Assembly: GCF_009914755.1 (NCBI RefSeq)
Contig: NC_060927.1
From: the human T2T-CHM13v2.0 reference genome, Homo sapiens
Length of the DNA: 64,000 nucleotides
Strand: one strand, 5' to 3'
The translations under genes and the position numbers were made by a program. Shown here piece after piece: positions 52,726 to 64,000 of this stretch; within the stretch, counting starts at the first letter, position 1; every line of letters begins with the position of its first letter. Below the pieces are notes generated by a model. The model worked only from the letters and a program-made list of their open reading frames with translations. It had not been told where the DNA came from and searched no databases.

Positions 52726-55700
52726 GATTGTCTTTTGAGTTCCATAGATAACAAGTAACAGTGTGCAAAACAACAGGGTGAAAGATAAGCATTCTGCGAA
52801 AGTCTGGGGTCATCCATCTCCATGACCCCAGTCAAACCTGGGCTTCTATAAGTATAAGACACATCTATGGATTGTATATAATTACTGCATTTCATGTTCT
52901 AAAAACAGTTCTATTTGTCTCCTCCTTTGCCTTCTGATGAAGAGCTTTGTTTATGAAATACCCGTCTTCAGAAGTTCTTGAAAGATCTCAAGTGAGTTGT
53001 CCTCAGAAGTGATGGCAAAAACATTGCCTGGCAAAGCCTGTGATTGACAACATCTTTTTTTAGTTACCTGAGCTCTATGCCTTCATTCTCTCACACTTTC
53101 CATTTTCCCTTTGTTTCCCCGAGTTTTGCAGCAAACTGCTGTTTAGCAAAGAGAAGCCAAATTCAGACTTAGGCCAAGCCCTAGTTACAGGCTATTTCTT
53201 TTTGTTGTTGGTACCAGCATCACATCCCACCTGGACAGACCTGCCAAGTTTTTTGGATTTCCTAGAGGAGGTTTTTATTCTGTCTGCTTGTCTGCACTTG
53301 TATACAAAACCTGTAATTATATAATAGGTGAACTTACTGTTGAGCTATTGTGCTTTCTTTTCTTTTTTTAAACCAGCTGAATTGGTCCTTTTTTATATTT
53401 TGAGCCTATTGTTACCTTTAAAACTGTTACAGTTTCCTTCCCCCTGGCTTCTAATACTTTAGCCTTTATGCCAGCAACTAAATATTTATGTAAAAAAAAT
53501 CATTTAAAAATTCTCTTTCCACAAAATCTAAAAACGTTTATGTTTCTAGTTATAATTTGAATGTTTCAATGTTATAACTACACATGACTGTTAATGAAAT
53601 AAATTTTGTTCTCAAAATATGTTATCCTATTTTTAGATTAAAAAACATCACCTATGAAAGTCATCAAAAATTAAGTATTCATATTTAATTCTTGTACTTA
53701 AAGGTCTGTGTCTTCTAATACATGATGTTCCTAACCTGCCCTTAACTAAGGAAATGTTTTATGGTTAGCACATGACCTGGACTTTTTGAATAGTTATATA
53801 CAATATATGAAATTTAAAGTACAATGAATGCTTGATAAAATTGTGACTTGATGGAGAAGCTGGCATTTTTAAGGGAACAGAGGGAATGGTATGTCACGAC
53901 CTATTTTGTGACACTATGAATTCTGCTCTTCAGTGCGGTGGTCCTTTCTTCAAACTTGTTAATTTCATGGATGCTAACACAAACCTCTTCATTTCTGTGG
54001 GCTATGGTTTTTCCAAGATCTATGGACTATTTTATCATAGAACTACCCTTGTATTTATTTTATTCTCTTCACCTAAATGGAAAGCTTGAAGAGAAATGGA
54101 TGATACCTGGTTATTTTCTGCTACATGACACCCAAGAGAAAATGAAAATGAAATGCTTAGAACACTGTCAGGAACCCTGTCAGCCTCTCAGGATACTGAT
54201 TGTTGGTGTTGTTGGGATTGTAATTCACCAAACCTAAACAGATTACCAGATTATTTTGAATGGGTGTTCTTGGTGGCCATATCTAAGGATACCGTTTAAA
54301 GGAACAGTAGATAAGGACTGAACATTAAGGTTTTATCTCTGAGATTGTGTCTTAGGAACAAGCTAATCACTGCTCCCATTTTCATCTCTTTTACCAATAC
54401 TACTCTTCTCTACCCTGTCTTTTTCTCTCTAGCTGGTGCAGCATTCTTGTTGATGAGGTCAGGGATCATACTGTATTTCTCTGTGATAGGGAATCATGAG
54501 GTATCTGACAAAAATGGATCTTGTTGTTCCAAGACTCAGTACTCCAGTAAAGAAGGCAAATGTGGCTTTCCTCTGAAATGGCTGGCAGTCCTTCAGAGAC
54601 CTCTTGATGAAAAGGCAGAAGCAGTTATTCAACGGTTAAAGGTGCAGCCCCATTGCAAGGAGGTTCATCCTTGCAAGAGAAGAATAAAATTTTGCATTTA
54701 ATTAGTCAGGTATGGATGCACAAACACTCTCCATATGATTCAGCAAATATGTGTATAGCCCTTTGCTGTAGTCAAACACACAGAAAACATAGCACTTGGT
54801 GATAACAGGGATGCTACTATTAAACATAACCAATGAATCCAGAGCTGATCATTTGAACGTAGTTTAATTCCCTACATATCTTCAGGCAGCTCACCTTCTT
54901 ATTTGAGGATGCACATGAAAGAGCAGTCATGGGCAGTCAAAAGGGAACTAACTGTGAGATCGAGTCTCAGCTCACTCAACCTCTATGACTTCTCTGGTTG
55001 AACTTGATAGTATTAAAATATTTCCTTTTTAGCCATAGTGCCTCTATTTTCAATTATCTTATCTGGAACCCTAGTATATAAAACAGATAAAACCAAATTC
55101 ATAAGCTCTGGTAGAACTGAGGGCAGGATCCCAGAGTCCAACCCACATAACATAACCTCCTCCTTATGTCTCCACCCACCTACTCATAATCTGCCTTAGA
55201 CACTAGGACTCTGCAGAAAAAATTGAAAAAGGCTGCAGTAGTTACACTTTCCAAAGACTCTTCTAACTCTGAACATCCAATGCCATCAAGATATTAAAAA
55301 TCCACTTAATCTAGGCTTTCACCCACCTAAATGCCCTGTGTTCCATGCTGTCAGTCTCAAAAGCAACAGAAATCTGACTCCGAACCATTGGGAGCAAGAG
55401 ATATGTATTAGAATAGTAAACTGTGTGTCCCAGTGTTCCCAATCTGGAACAGGAAATGAGAAGTTCTAGAGAGCAAAATATAGACCATTTAGCAACACTT
55501 TCCATGTGGATCTCTATGCTTTTCCTTTTGTAGGGCATTTTGCCCCCAGACATCTCTTCTGTCTTTCACTCCACATTTCCACCATTAAATTCAGATCAAC
55601 ACAGAAAGATCTCTGGAGCTGCACAGTACAAAGAATATACCTTTCAAGGCAAAGAAAGAGAAATAGGGGAGAGTCATTATGTTTTGCCTCTCTTTCACAT

Positions 55701-56073
55701 TAGCAACATAGAATAACATGGAATTAAGTGCCGTTCTGAGTAAATAATATCCCTCCAGGCCACTGAGAGGAAAAATGCTCGCAGTAGACTTAATCTTCAC
55801 CTCTCAGCTTCCATATGATTTTGTTTTATCTTACGTTTAAGACACTTGACGTTTGGTTTGCATGATAATTTAGGTTAATAAACTGGCCTTATTTTACTAT
55901 TATATTGCAAACTTCTTAAGGGGAGGAACTTTTTCATATATGACTGTGACTCCTTTATATGGCTAAAGATGTCACCAAGTATGGTGTGTCTATTTCAGTA
56001 ATTCATAACCATTAATCCCACAGTGACACAGCAATGTGGATAAGGGGCAATGTCCCAGTGGAAAGAAAGCTGC

Positions 56074-56113
56074 ATCTCCTATGGAAATATTATATCTCCT
56101 ATGGAAATATTAC
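56074..56113. repeat. 20-bp tandem duplication
   Basis: ATCTCCTATGGAAATATTA(T/C) x2. Confidence 0.9.
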
Positions 56114-58334
56114 ATCGGAATTTTAGTGGCGAATACTCGATTTTACAAACAACAGCCAGCTCTAGAAGAAATGATTTTACTCTTCCTCTCCTTATTTTGT
56201 GTCATCTTTTATCATTCTGTTGAATATTTGGCTCCTGGGAACTTCATAATACCCATCTAGCTGCTTTCTAAGCAGATACAATGTTCAAAGTTCTACCCAA
56301 GCTCACATTTCATCAACAGGTACCTCTCTAGTATCCTGTGGTCTTGTTCTGCTCATTTTCTTCCATGTGACACGTTGGTTCTAAATTTAATGAGATTACA
56401 TAACTAAAGTTGAGATGTACTTATTTGTAACACTGCCTAGAAATGTTAAACTGCAACAATCAAGTGGTTAAGATGCAAGCATTTTCTACGTGATATTAAG
56501 GAAAGAAATGAAGATAAGCAATGTCAAGGTACAGAAGGATGGGACCAATTTTTTTTTTTTTTTTAATGAGGAAGAGGTCAAGATATTCTCTTGTTCTCCC
56601 ACCTAATCCCCACCACACTACAACCCAGGAGCATCTAAACTTTTAGACACTGAAAAGTTGTCTCAGAGGAACACTGAACTGTCTGTATGAGCCAGTTAGA
56701 AATCTTAGTATAGGCTTTGTTCTCCCTAGCTGTCTTCTAGCTTGAAGACACTGTGATTTGGATCTAAAATAATTACTGCTATTCAGTGTCATCCACACAT
56801 AATTAGCCTCAAATTATAATGAATTAACATGGCTTGCCATATTCATGAAGTGAAGTGATTCTATTACTATTTTTTCCTCTCATATACTTAGAATAAAAAC
56901 ACTTTAAAACTTTCATCTTGTTAGGTGGGATGTTTTCTGGACTGTGAGCTCGCAATGAAGACAAAAAGTCAAGGATGGCTAGTTCATCTGACAGGCTGCG
57001 TTATAAGGCGGAGTTCAAATGATCTCTGAGCCCTTTGCTTTCTCTTAGGCGTTGCACCTGTTGGCTATCTCTTATTCCACATCTGCTCCCCATGTGTACC
57101 TAGGGAAAACCTTAGTGTGATAAAGGTTTTAGGTCACTTTGAAAGAATCTAAACCAGAGAGATTGATTTGTCTCCTTATTCTATATAACTGGGCACAGAC
57201 AGATGTTATTAATGAAGGAATTTTGAATAGTAATTCTAAAACACAGGCTTTAAGAAACATGTTTCTGAGGTGGGTGAGGGGGAGAAGAGGAAGATTTCAG
57301 AGCATGAATTTACCTTTTATTGTCATTACACGTATACAGAACAGCTCCATGAAAATTCAAGACTTTGAAGGCAAAATGCTTGAGCATCCCCACTGTTCCC
57401 TGGCCTTTTCTACAGTTTTAGCTTTTAACATTTAGTCCACTGCTCAGCTCCTAAGGAGCAAAGTATCTATATATTATAGACATATATTTAAAATCAGTTC
57501 CTCCTCTGTAAACTTGGTTTGTTTTTTTTTTCACACTCTTGTTGCCAAACCATAAATTTGAAGTTGCAAACAGGGTATTTTCCATGAAAATTTCTCATGC
57601 ATAAAAATCCATCTCAGATTCCAACCAAAATTATCTGAGAAATTAGTTCATTGATGAAACTCTTGTCTATGAATGGAGTTTTGAAGATAAAAATGCCTTT
57701 TTTCTTTCTTCTTGAAGGGAACGAAACAATCCCTTTATTGTCATACTTCCTTAGAATTTATTTTCCACTGCTTATTATGCATGCCTCCTTTATGTCATCG
57801 ATACATAATCCATTATGTACCCCTTATCATATTTGCTCCAACTATTGTCTCAAGATGATGTCGAAAGACATTAGATACCAGAGACTAACTTTGCGGGAGT
57901 GAATTAACGTCAGTGTTGAAGGAGCCTATAATCATATGACTAAATGGGCTTTCAGGAGGCCACACCGTATGCTGATGACAGAATCAAGAATGAAACCTAG
58001 GAATTCTGACCATTTATCTTGTTCTCTGTCCACAAATGATACTTTCTATTAGTATCGAGTACAGGCTTTCTGAAAGCAGTCTATTTTCTGGTAACATAAA
58101 ACATTCATGAAGGAGTTTTAAAAAATAATCCAATGGAAATTGCTTTAGTGATTACAAAAAAGTTCTGAAAGAAAATAGTGCATGCGTACAATTATATATA
58201 TAGTGTTATAAGATTATTGCAACTTGGAGAGTGCATTGAAACATTTCTTTGAAAAGCTTAGCCGATTCAAAAGCTGTAAGGCCCTAGACTATCTGATAAT
58301 AAGACAATGTTTATGTCATGTATGAAACTATTGC

Positions 58335-58545
58335 AGTGCAGGATAGGAGCTAAGAGTATGGACTACAGAATAAGATAGACCTGTGCTCAAATAGTTTTTC
58401 CATTAGCAATTAGCTATTTGATCTTAGATCAGTACTTATCACATTTGAGACCTCAATTTTCATGTTTGTAAAGTAGGGGCATTAAGACTGGTTACTTGGT
58501 TTGTTGTAAAGATTAAATGAAATAATGCATCATAAACACCAAGGC
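58335..58545 (+). mobile_element. MIR SINE
   Basis: TAAGAGTATGGACT...CCTCAATTTTCATGTTTGTAAA...TTGTTGTAAAGATTAAATGA. Confidence 0.8.
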
Positions 58546-59597
58546 CAGAATTTGAAGATGTCCATTGTAAGGGCAGTGTGGTTTTGAAATCTTCCCCAAC
58601 TCCCATATAGAAACAACCTAGCAACTAGACAGCAAAACCAGAACCCTACAGACAGTATTCACAATAAGCCTAAGTGACAATGTAACAACACAAGCCCCAA
58701 AATGTAGGAAGATGAGGACAAAACAACAAAAACCACCAGATCTGTCTGTTACAGACATCTGTACAGCAGCCAGACAACCAGTTTCTGACAACCAGAATGA
58801 CCAGGGAGACATCAACAGAAGACTCTTTTGAATACGTGTATATGTACTTGTAGAACTAAAATGACATGCTATAACAATGTAGACATAGTACAACTCTAAA
58901 GAAATGGAAGAAGAATGGGAGAGTTTTTGCAAAAAACTACTTACCTGTTTCTGTGACTATAATTGGTGGTGGTAGTATTAGTATTGTTCTTCTGTGACAG
59001 TGGCATTTGCAATGTGGGGTAAAGCAAATGAGTAATTATGGAATATTCCAATTCTATCATTCCCGTGTCCTTGAGAACCAGAATTAAGATTCCAGGATTC
59101 TCTGCATGTAAGAAGTAATAGACCAAAAGTTAAGAAAGTCTATAGCCCTAGATTAGAAATGGAAATCATGAATATGAACTCATGAGGCATTCTATCTTTT
59201 ATATGTATAAAAAACATCGAGTATAGTTATTCTCTTTGTCTCTATATAGAGTATATACTTAATATTTTATTAATACTTAAGTATAATATTTAAATATATA
59301 ATAACTCATAGAGAGAGAATGAATTATATATTTGAGGATAATATATTTTATATACTATAAAATATTATATATTGTCATAATAATATTTTAATATATAATA
59401 TTCTATATGGGTACAGCTGTGTGTATAAATAGAATTTATTTTTTAGCTCTACTGGAAAGATCTAGGAACAATGAGTAGCAATACAGTCCTGAAATACTAT
59501 ATTCTATGAAAAGAAGGCACTGCTTCTTGGAGAAACATGGCTGATATTAGTATTTTCTGCAAAATGTATTTTTTTCAGTATGGTTTTATGATTTTTT

Positions 59598-59883
59598 TCT
59601 TTTTTTAAATTTCTGAGACGGAGTCTCACTTCATCACCCAGACTGGAGTACAGTGGTGCAAGCACTGCTCACTGCAGCTTCAACCTCCCAGGCTCAAGTG
59701 ATCCTCCTGCTTCAGCCTCCGAGTATCTGGGACTATAGGCACGTGCCACCACACCCAGCTAATTTTTTAATTTTTTGTAGATACAGAGTCTCACCATATT
59801 GCTGAGGCTGTTCTCAAAATCCTGGCTGCAAGGGATCCTCCTGCCTCAGCCTCTCATTTCGGGCATGAGCCAATGTGCCTGAC
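59598..59883 (-). mobile_element. AluJ
   Basis: GCTCACTGCAGC, GGCTCAAGTGATCCTCC, TTTTTTGTAGA diagnostics; TSD ATGGTTTTATGATTTTTT / ATGGTCTTGTAATTTTTT. Confidence 0.92.
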
Positions 59884-60489
59884 ATGGTCTTGTAATTTTT
59901 TAATGTTTTCTATAAAATTGCCTTTGATCTTCAAAGGTGCATTTTGAGATTAATAAAATTGAAATTATTGACTCCTCCATAAATTTAAAAGTAAGCTTAG
60001 AAGAAGATTAAATACATGATTTACTTTTCGTCAATCATATTTGCTGAGTCCAATTAGTAATGAAAACAAAATAAATGAAAATTTAAAAATTATAATTAAA
60101 AATTTACAAAACTGAATTATGGCATGTTCTATAAGCGATATTATATCAGTCACAGTTGTCTTATATATTTATATATTTTTTTCCAAAATAGAATATTTTT
60201 AAAGATATTTTAGTGACTTGGTGGTTTCGTTTAGAAAAAATATGTAAAAGACACAAGATAGCTCTTAGAACTTGGTACATTTTCTTGAGGCAATACTCAC
60301 TTTTTCAGTGTCAAAGAATGCCCATAACAGTTAATTTAGCAATTCACTTAGTTCATACCATTTGAACATCATATATGTATTAATTTGTTGTTGCATTTTT
60401 CAAGTGGACAAGTTAGCATTTTAAGTAATGGAATTATGTGATATACTTTCTATTCAACAAAGATCTTCTTTAAATTGTGCTCAAATATA

Positions 60490-60830
60490 TAGGTCCACAG
60501 TCCTGCATATGAAACCCTTGAGCTAATATGTTTCAGGATTCTTCAGATTTACAGAAGTACTTTAGTGGAAGAAGTGTACATTACATAATGTATCCCCCCA
60601 ACCTCCCTCAGTACAGTTGCGGGCAACACCTCATGATCAAACACGTAACTCTGCCGGAAAACATATGACTATTCCCACTAAGTAAAATAAATAAAAAGTA
60701 CAAGTGGACTTGTGTTGGCTCAGGTCAGGTTTTGCTGCCAAATGAGTTTGTGCTGAATTTGCAGAGAGAAAAAATTGGATTTTCAGAGCTTTTCCAATTT
60801 TAGAATTGTGGGTTCAAGGATTGTAAATCT
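60490..60830 (+). mobile_element. MER46C-like Tigger DNA transposon
   Basis: AGGTCCACA...GAAACCCTTG...CAGGTCAGGTTTTGCTGCCAAATGAGTT...TTTTCAGAGCTTTT...AGGATTGT. Confidence 0.8.
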
Positions 60831-60972
60831 TTCTTGTTTGTATCTTAAAAAAAAAAGCAAAGCAGCATAATGATCTGAGAGGGGTACAATATCACTTCTG
60901 TTGTTACACCCAAAAAAAATGTATACCTTGTACTCAAATATGAGGAAATGTCAGACAAATTCAAATTGATAC

Positions 60973-61449
60973 TGTGGTAGGTAGAATCATGGTCCCCTAA
61001 AGATGCCTACATGCTGATTCCTGAAAACTGTGAATATGTTACTTTACAGGGCAAAGGGGCTTTTCAGGTATAATTATGTAAAGGATCTTGAGATGGGAAG
61101 ATTTTGCTTGATTAATGCACTTAGCCCAATATCATCACAAGGATCCTTATCAAAGGGAGGTATCAGGTCAGAGTCAGAGATGGAGATGTGATGACAGAAG
61201 GAGAGGTTACAGGGACATGGAGCCACAAGCCGAGGAATGTGGGCACCTTCTAGATGCTGGAAAAGATGAGAAATAGATTCTCCCCTAGAGCTTTGGAAAA
61301 GAACTCAGCCCTGCTGACACCTTGATTTTAACCTCCATAAGACTTATTTTGGACTTCTGACTTCTATAACAGTAAAAGAAGAAATTTATGTTGTTTTAAA
61401 CCACTAAATTTATAGTAATTTGTTGCAGCAGTGATATGAAACTAATACA
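60973..61449 (+). mobile_element. MLT1D-like MaLR LTR
   Basis: TGTGGTAGG.AGAAT...GATTCTCCCCTAGAGC...CCCTGCTGACACCTTGATTTTA...AAACTAATACA; TSD GATAC/GAGAC. Confidence 0.88.
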
Positions 61450-61919
61450 GAGACATTCTACAAAATAACTAACCAATACTCTTCAAAAATGTCGGTCATG
61501 AAAGACAAAGACAGCCTAGAGAATTGTCCCAGATTGGAGGACACTAAGAAGACATGATAAACAAATGCAATGTGGAATCCTGGGTAAGAAGAAAGGACAT
61601 TAATCAGAGACAATTGGTAAAATGTGAAAAGGGCCTCTAGTTTGGTTAATAACATTGTATGATGTTAATTTCCTGATTTGATAATTGTGTTGTGGTTATA
61701 TAAGATATTATTGTTAACAGACACAGAATGAGGGAAAATTTTCTACACTTTTTGCAATAATTTTGTAAGTCTGAAATTATTTTGAAATAAGGTTTTTTTT
61801 TTTAATAAAAAGGACTGGAGATAAATCAATGGGATACCACTTCCTTTCCTCAGCACTTATTTAATATTAACATAATTGACACATATTAACCTATTTATAT
61901 TATTAACATAACAGTATTA

Positions 61920-62130
61920 ACACAACACCTATTTAATGATTAATATGAACAGACTAGGCACTGCTCTAAGCTTCCACATATATTAACTAATTTAAACTTA
62001 CCATGCTAGAGGTGGGTATTAAAATCTCCACTTTACAGACACTGAAACAGAGAAGGGTAGGGAAATTTTCCAAGGTCACACAACTAAGAAGAGTGCCAAA
62101 GTCTTGAGTGTATGCTCTCAACAGCTACTA
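61920..62130 (-). mobile_element. MIR SINE
   Basis: AGGCACTGCTCTAAG...CTTTACAGA...CCAAGGTCACACAACTAAG. Confidence 0.75.
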
Positions 62131-62427
62131 AAGGTGATTTCTTACATATTAAACTTTGAGAACATATGGCATGAATGTTACTGACTTATAGTAGAGAAAT
62201 TGACTATTCAGGAAACTTTGCTTATGTCCTAATTTGTATGTTCTATACTGGTGATATTGACAAGTAACTGAATCCTAGTAAGCCAAGTTGTTACCCTAGT
62301 AATATTTTCAAATAATGAATATCACAATCTGGAAACACTAGTTCTACAGAACTAAAGGAATTTTTCCATATATTACCTTTTCGTTGTGTTACTTTTCCTC
62401 ATGTTGACCAAACAGCATCCTAATCTT

Positions 62428-62451
62428 TTAATTAATTAATTAATTAATTAT
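62428..62451. repeat. (TAAT)n microsatellite
   Basis: TTAATTAATTAATTAATTAATTA. Confidence 0.85.
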
Positions 62452-64000
62452 TTTCTAAAATTGTCTCAAAACTTCTATTCTGCCAACCAGTTTCCCTCAA
62501 AACTTCCAGACTTTATGTCTGTCTTGGTGCTTTAAATGTAATGTCCATACTTTTGTTCTAGAGTTAAATATATCTTATACTGAAGATATTTTTTCCCACA
62601 TGGCAATAAGACAGGAGGAGTGGCCAGTAAAAGTTTTGGGGAAGAAAAGATGAGTACTAGGAATTACTTCTCAAACACCTGTGTTCTAGTGATAATCTGA
62701 CATAGAAAGTAGGAATTGGGGAAAAAAGGAAAGCAGTGAAGACGTTGTCTACTTTAGCTTTAAAGCATTTAGGGCAGAAAACATATTATTTTCCATACCT
62801 TATACTGAGTAAAGCATATTGTCAATACTCAACCACAATAAATAATTAGCTATATTAGATTTACACACTTAATTCATCATACGCAGAGATTAAAATCTGT
62901 CTCTGAAAATAAGATTCTGAAAGAAAGTCTTTGATATATTCTGATAGAGGTGTAAATCATAGCACTTTGTGCAGATCTTAGATAAGTTAAATATATACCA
63001 TTTTACCCTTTCATTATATCATAAGTTCCTTTTTAATATTTTTAAATAAATGCCTGCAAACTGAAAGTCTAATTCTCTTTAGAGGCTTTCCACACACATC
63101 TATTCCCACATAGATATGGATATGGTTATACCTAGCTATTTATCTACATATAATATATAAAGCAATTATTCACTGGTAAATTTGTACATTTCATTTTCCA
63201 ATACAGTGTATTCACTTTAATCACATACTTTCTAATCTTTTTGCCTCCTAGTCTCAGATTTTTGAATTCAAATTTTCTTTCCTTTGTCTGTATTTAAAAA
63301 TAATAATAATCATTTTACATCTATTACAAATAACAATACCTAGTCTCTGATTGAATGCTAACATTGTAATTCATTCTCAGGGTTCGGCTGCCATTCATTC
63401 ATAGCTGGAGCTGTGCTCTCATTATGTATGACATCAGCAGAAACTCTCAATTCAATTGCAGCCTTTTATTTAATTAGGGGCTATGTATTATTTGGTGTGT
63501 AGTATCCAGAATTAAAAATAGCCCCTTCCACTGTGTAATGGGAAAGGAAGAAAACTTTGAATATATATTCTAATTGATATTTTTAATACTTACTCTAAAA
63601 GCAATCAAAACTTATGTTAAATATTAATTATAATATTTTTCTGCTTTTGTGCACCTTGATTTATTGCTGCCCTTTTGGGTTCACTTTTAATTACATTACA
63701 GGAAAACAAAGGATATTTTTATTGGAAGAGTTATTTAGCACAGACAATACTTTCAATGGTGATGGTTATACTGAACTTTATATTAAACTTAATTTTCAAA
63801 AGCATATTTAACACAGTTTGCCAGGCTTTGTAAAAATTATTTTTCCTTCCTTTAACAACATGCCTGTCGGGTCTCTATATTAGAAATCAGGGACAAAGCT
63901 CATAAAGGAACAAAGACCCAAAATCAGGGATGGTCTTTTAAAAGAGGTACAGTTTCAAAGACTCCTAAAGATATAAATCAAAGTGCTTTTGAATACAGAG

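Larger units (their letters stand above)
58850..61800 (+). mobile_element. L1MC4/5-type 3' region fragments, interleaved with AluJ, MER46C and MLT1D
   Basis: GTCCTTGAGAACCAG...ATATGAACTCATGA; TCAGACAAATTCAAATTGA | GACATTCTACAAAATAACT..CTCTTCAAAAATGTC..TCATGAAAGACAAAG. Confidence 0.65.

Noticed and set aside
54345-54701. 118-aa ORF with a hydrophobic N-terminus
   Set aside because: Starts at TTG rather than ATG, no recognisable domain, and length is compatible with chance in 64 kb
59220-59420. Extremely AT-rich tract as a special element
   Set aside because: Decayed (TA)n-type low complexity within an L1MC 3' region

Overview
Primate (human-like) non-coding genomic DNA, AT-rich and dense in repeats. 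AluJ, AluS and AluY, THE1, MST, MLT, L1, L2, MIR and MER elements are all present. I found no cellular protein-coding gene, RNA gene or CRISPR array. ORF-track entries with recognisable motifs are retroelement relics (ERV gag/pol, L1 ORF2, MaLR internal region, Alu); the rest look like chance ORFs. Four structures stand out. (1) A 6.4-kb class I (gamma-like, tRNA-Pro PBS) provirus at 18325-24719 whose two ends are both the U3 start of the LTR, in inverted orientation, although it sits in one split MIR with one CAAT target-site duplication. (2) A ~129-bp, ~92% identical inverted repeat at 17692-18230. (3) A full-length THE1 with an extra internal-region copy and a templated-snippet junction outside its 5' LTR. 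(4) A multi-level transposon nest at 50.2-51.7 kb. Several repeat-free, homeodomain-motif-rich stretches could be conserved enhancers. Repeat subfamily names come from my recollection of consensus sequences and need RepeatMasker/Dfam confirmation. Identities were counted by eye.
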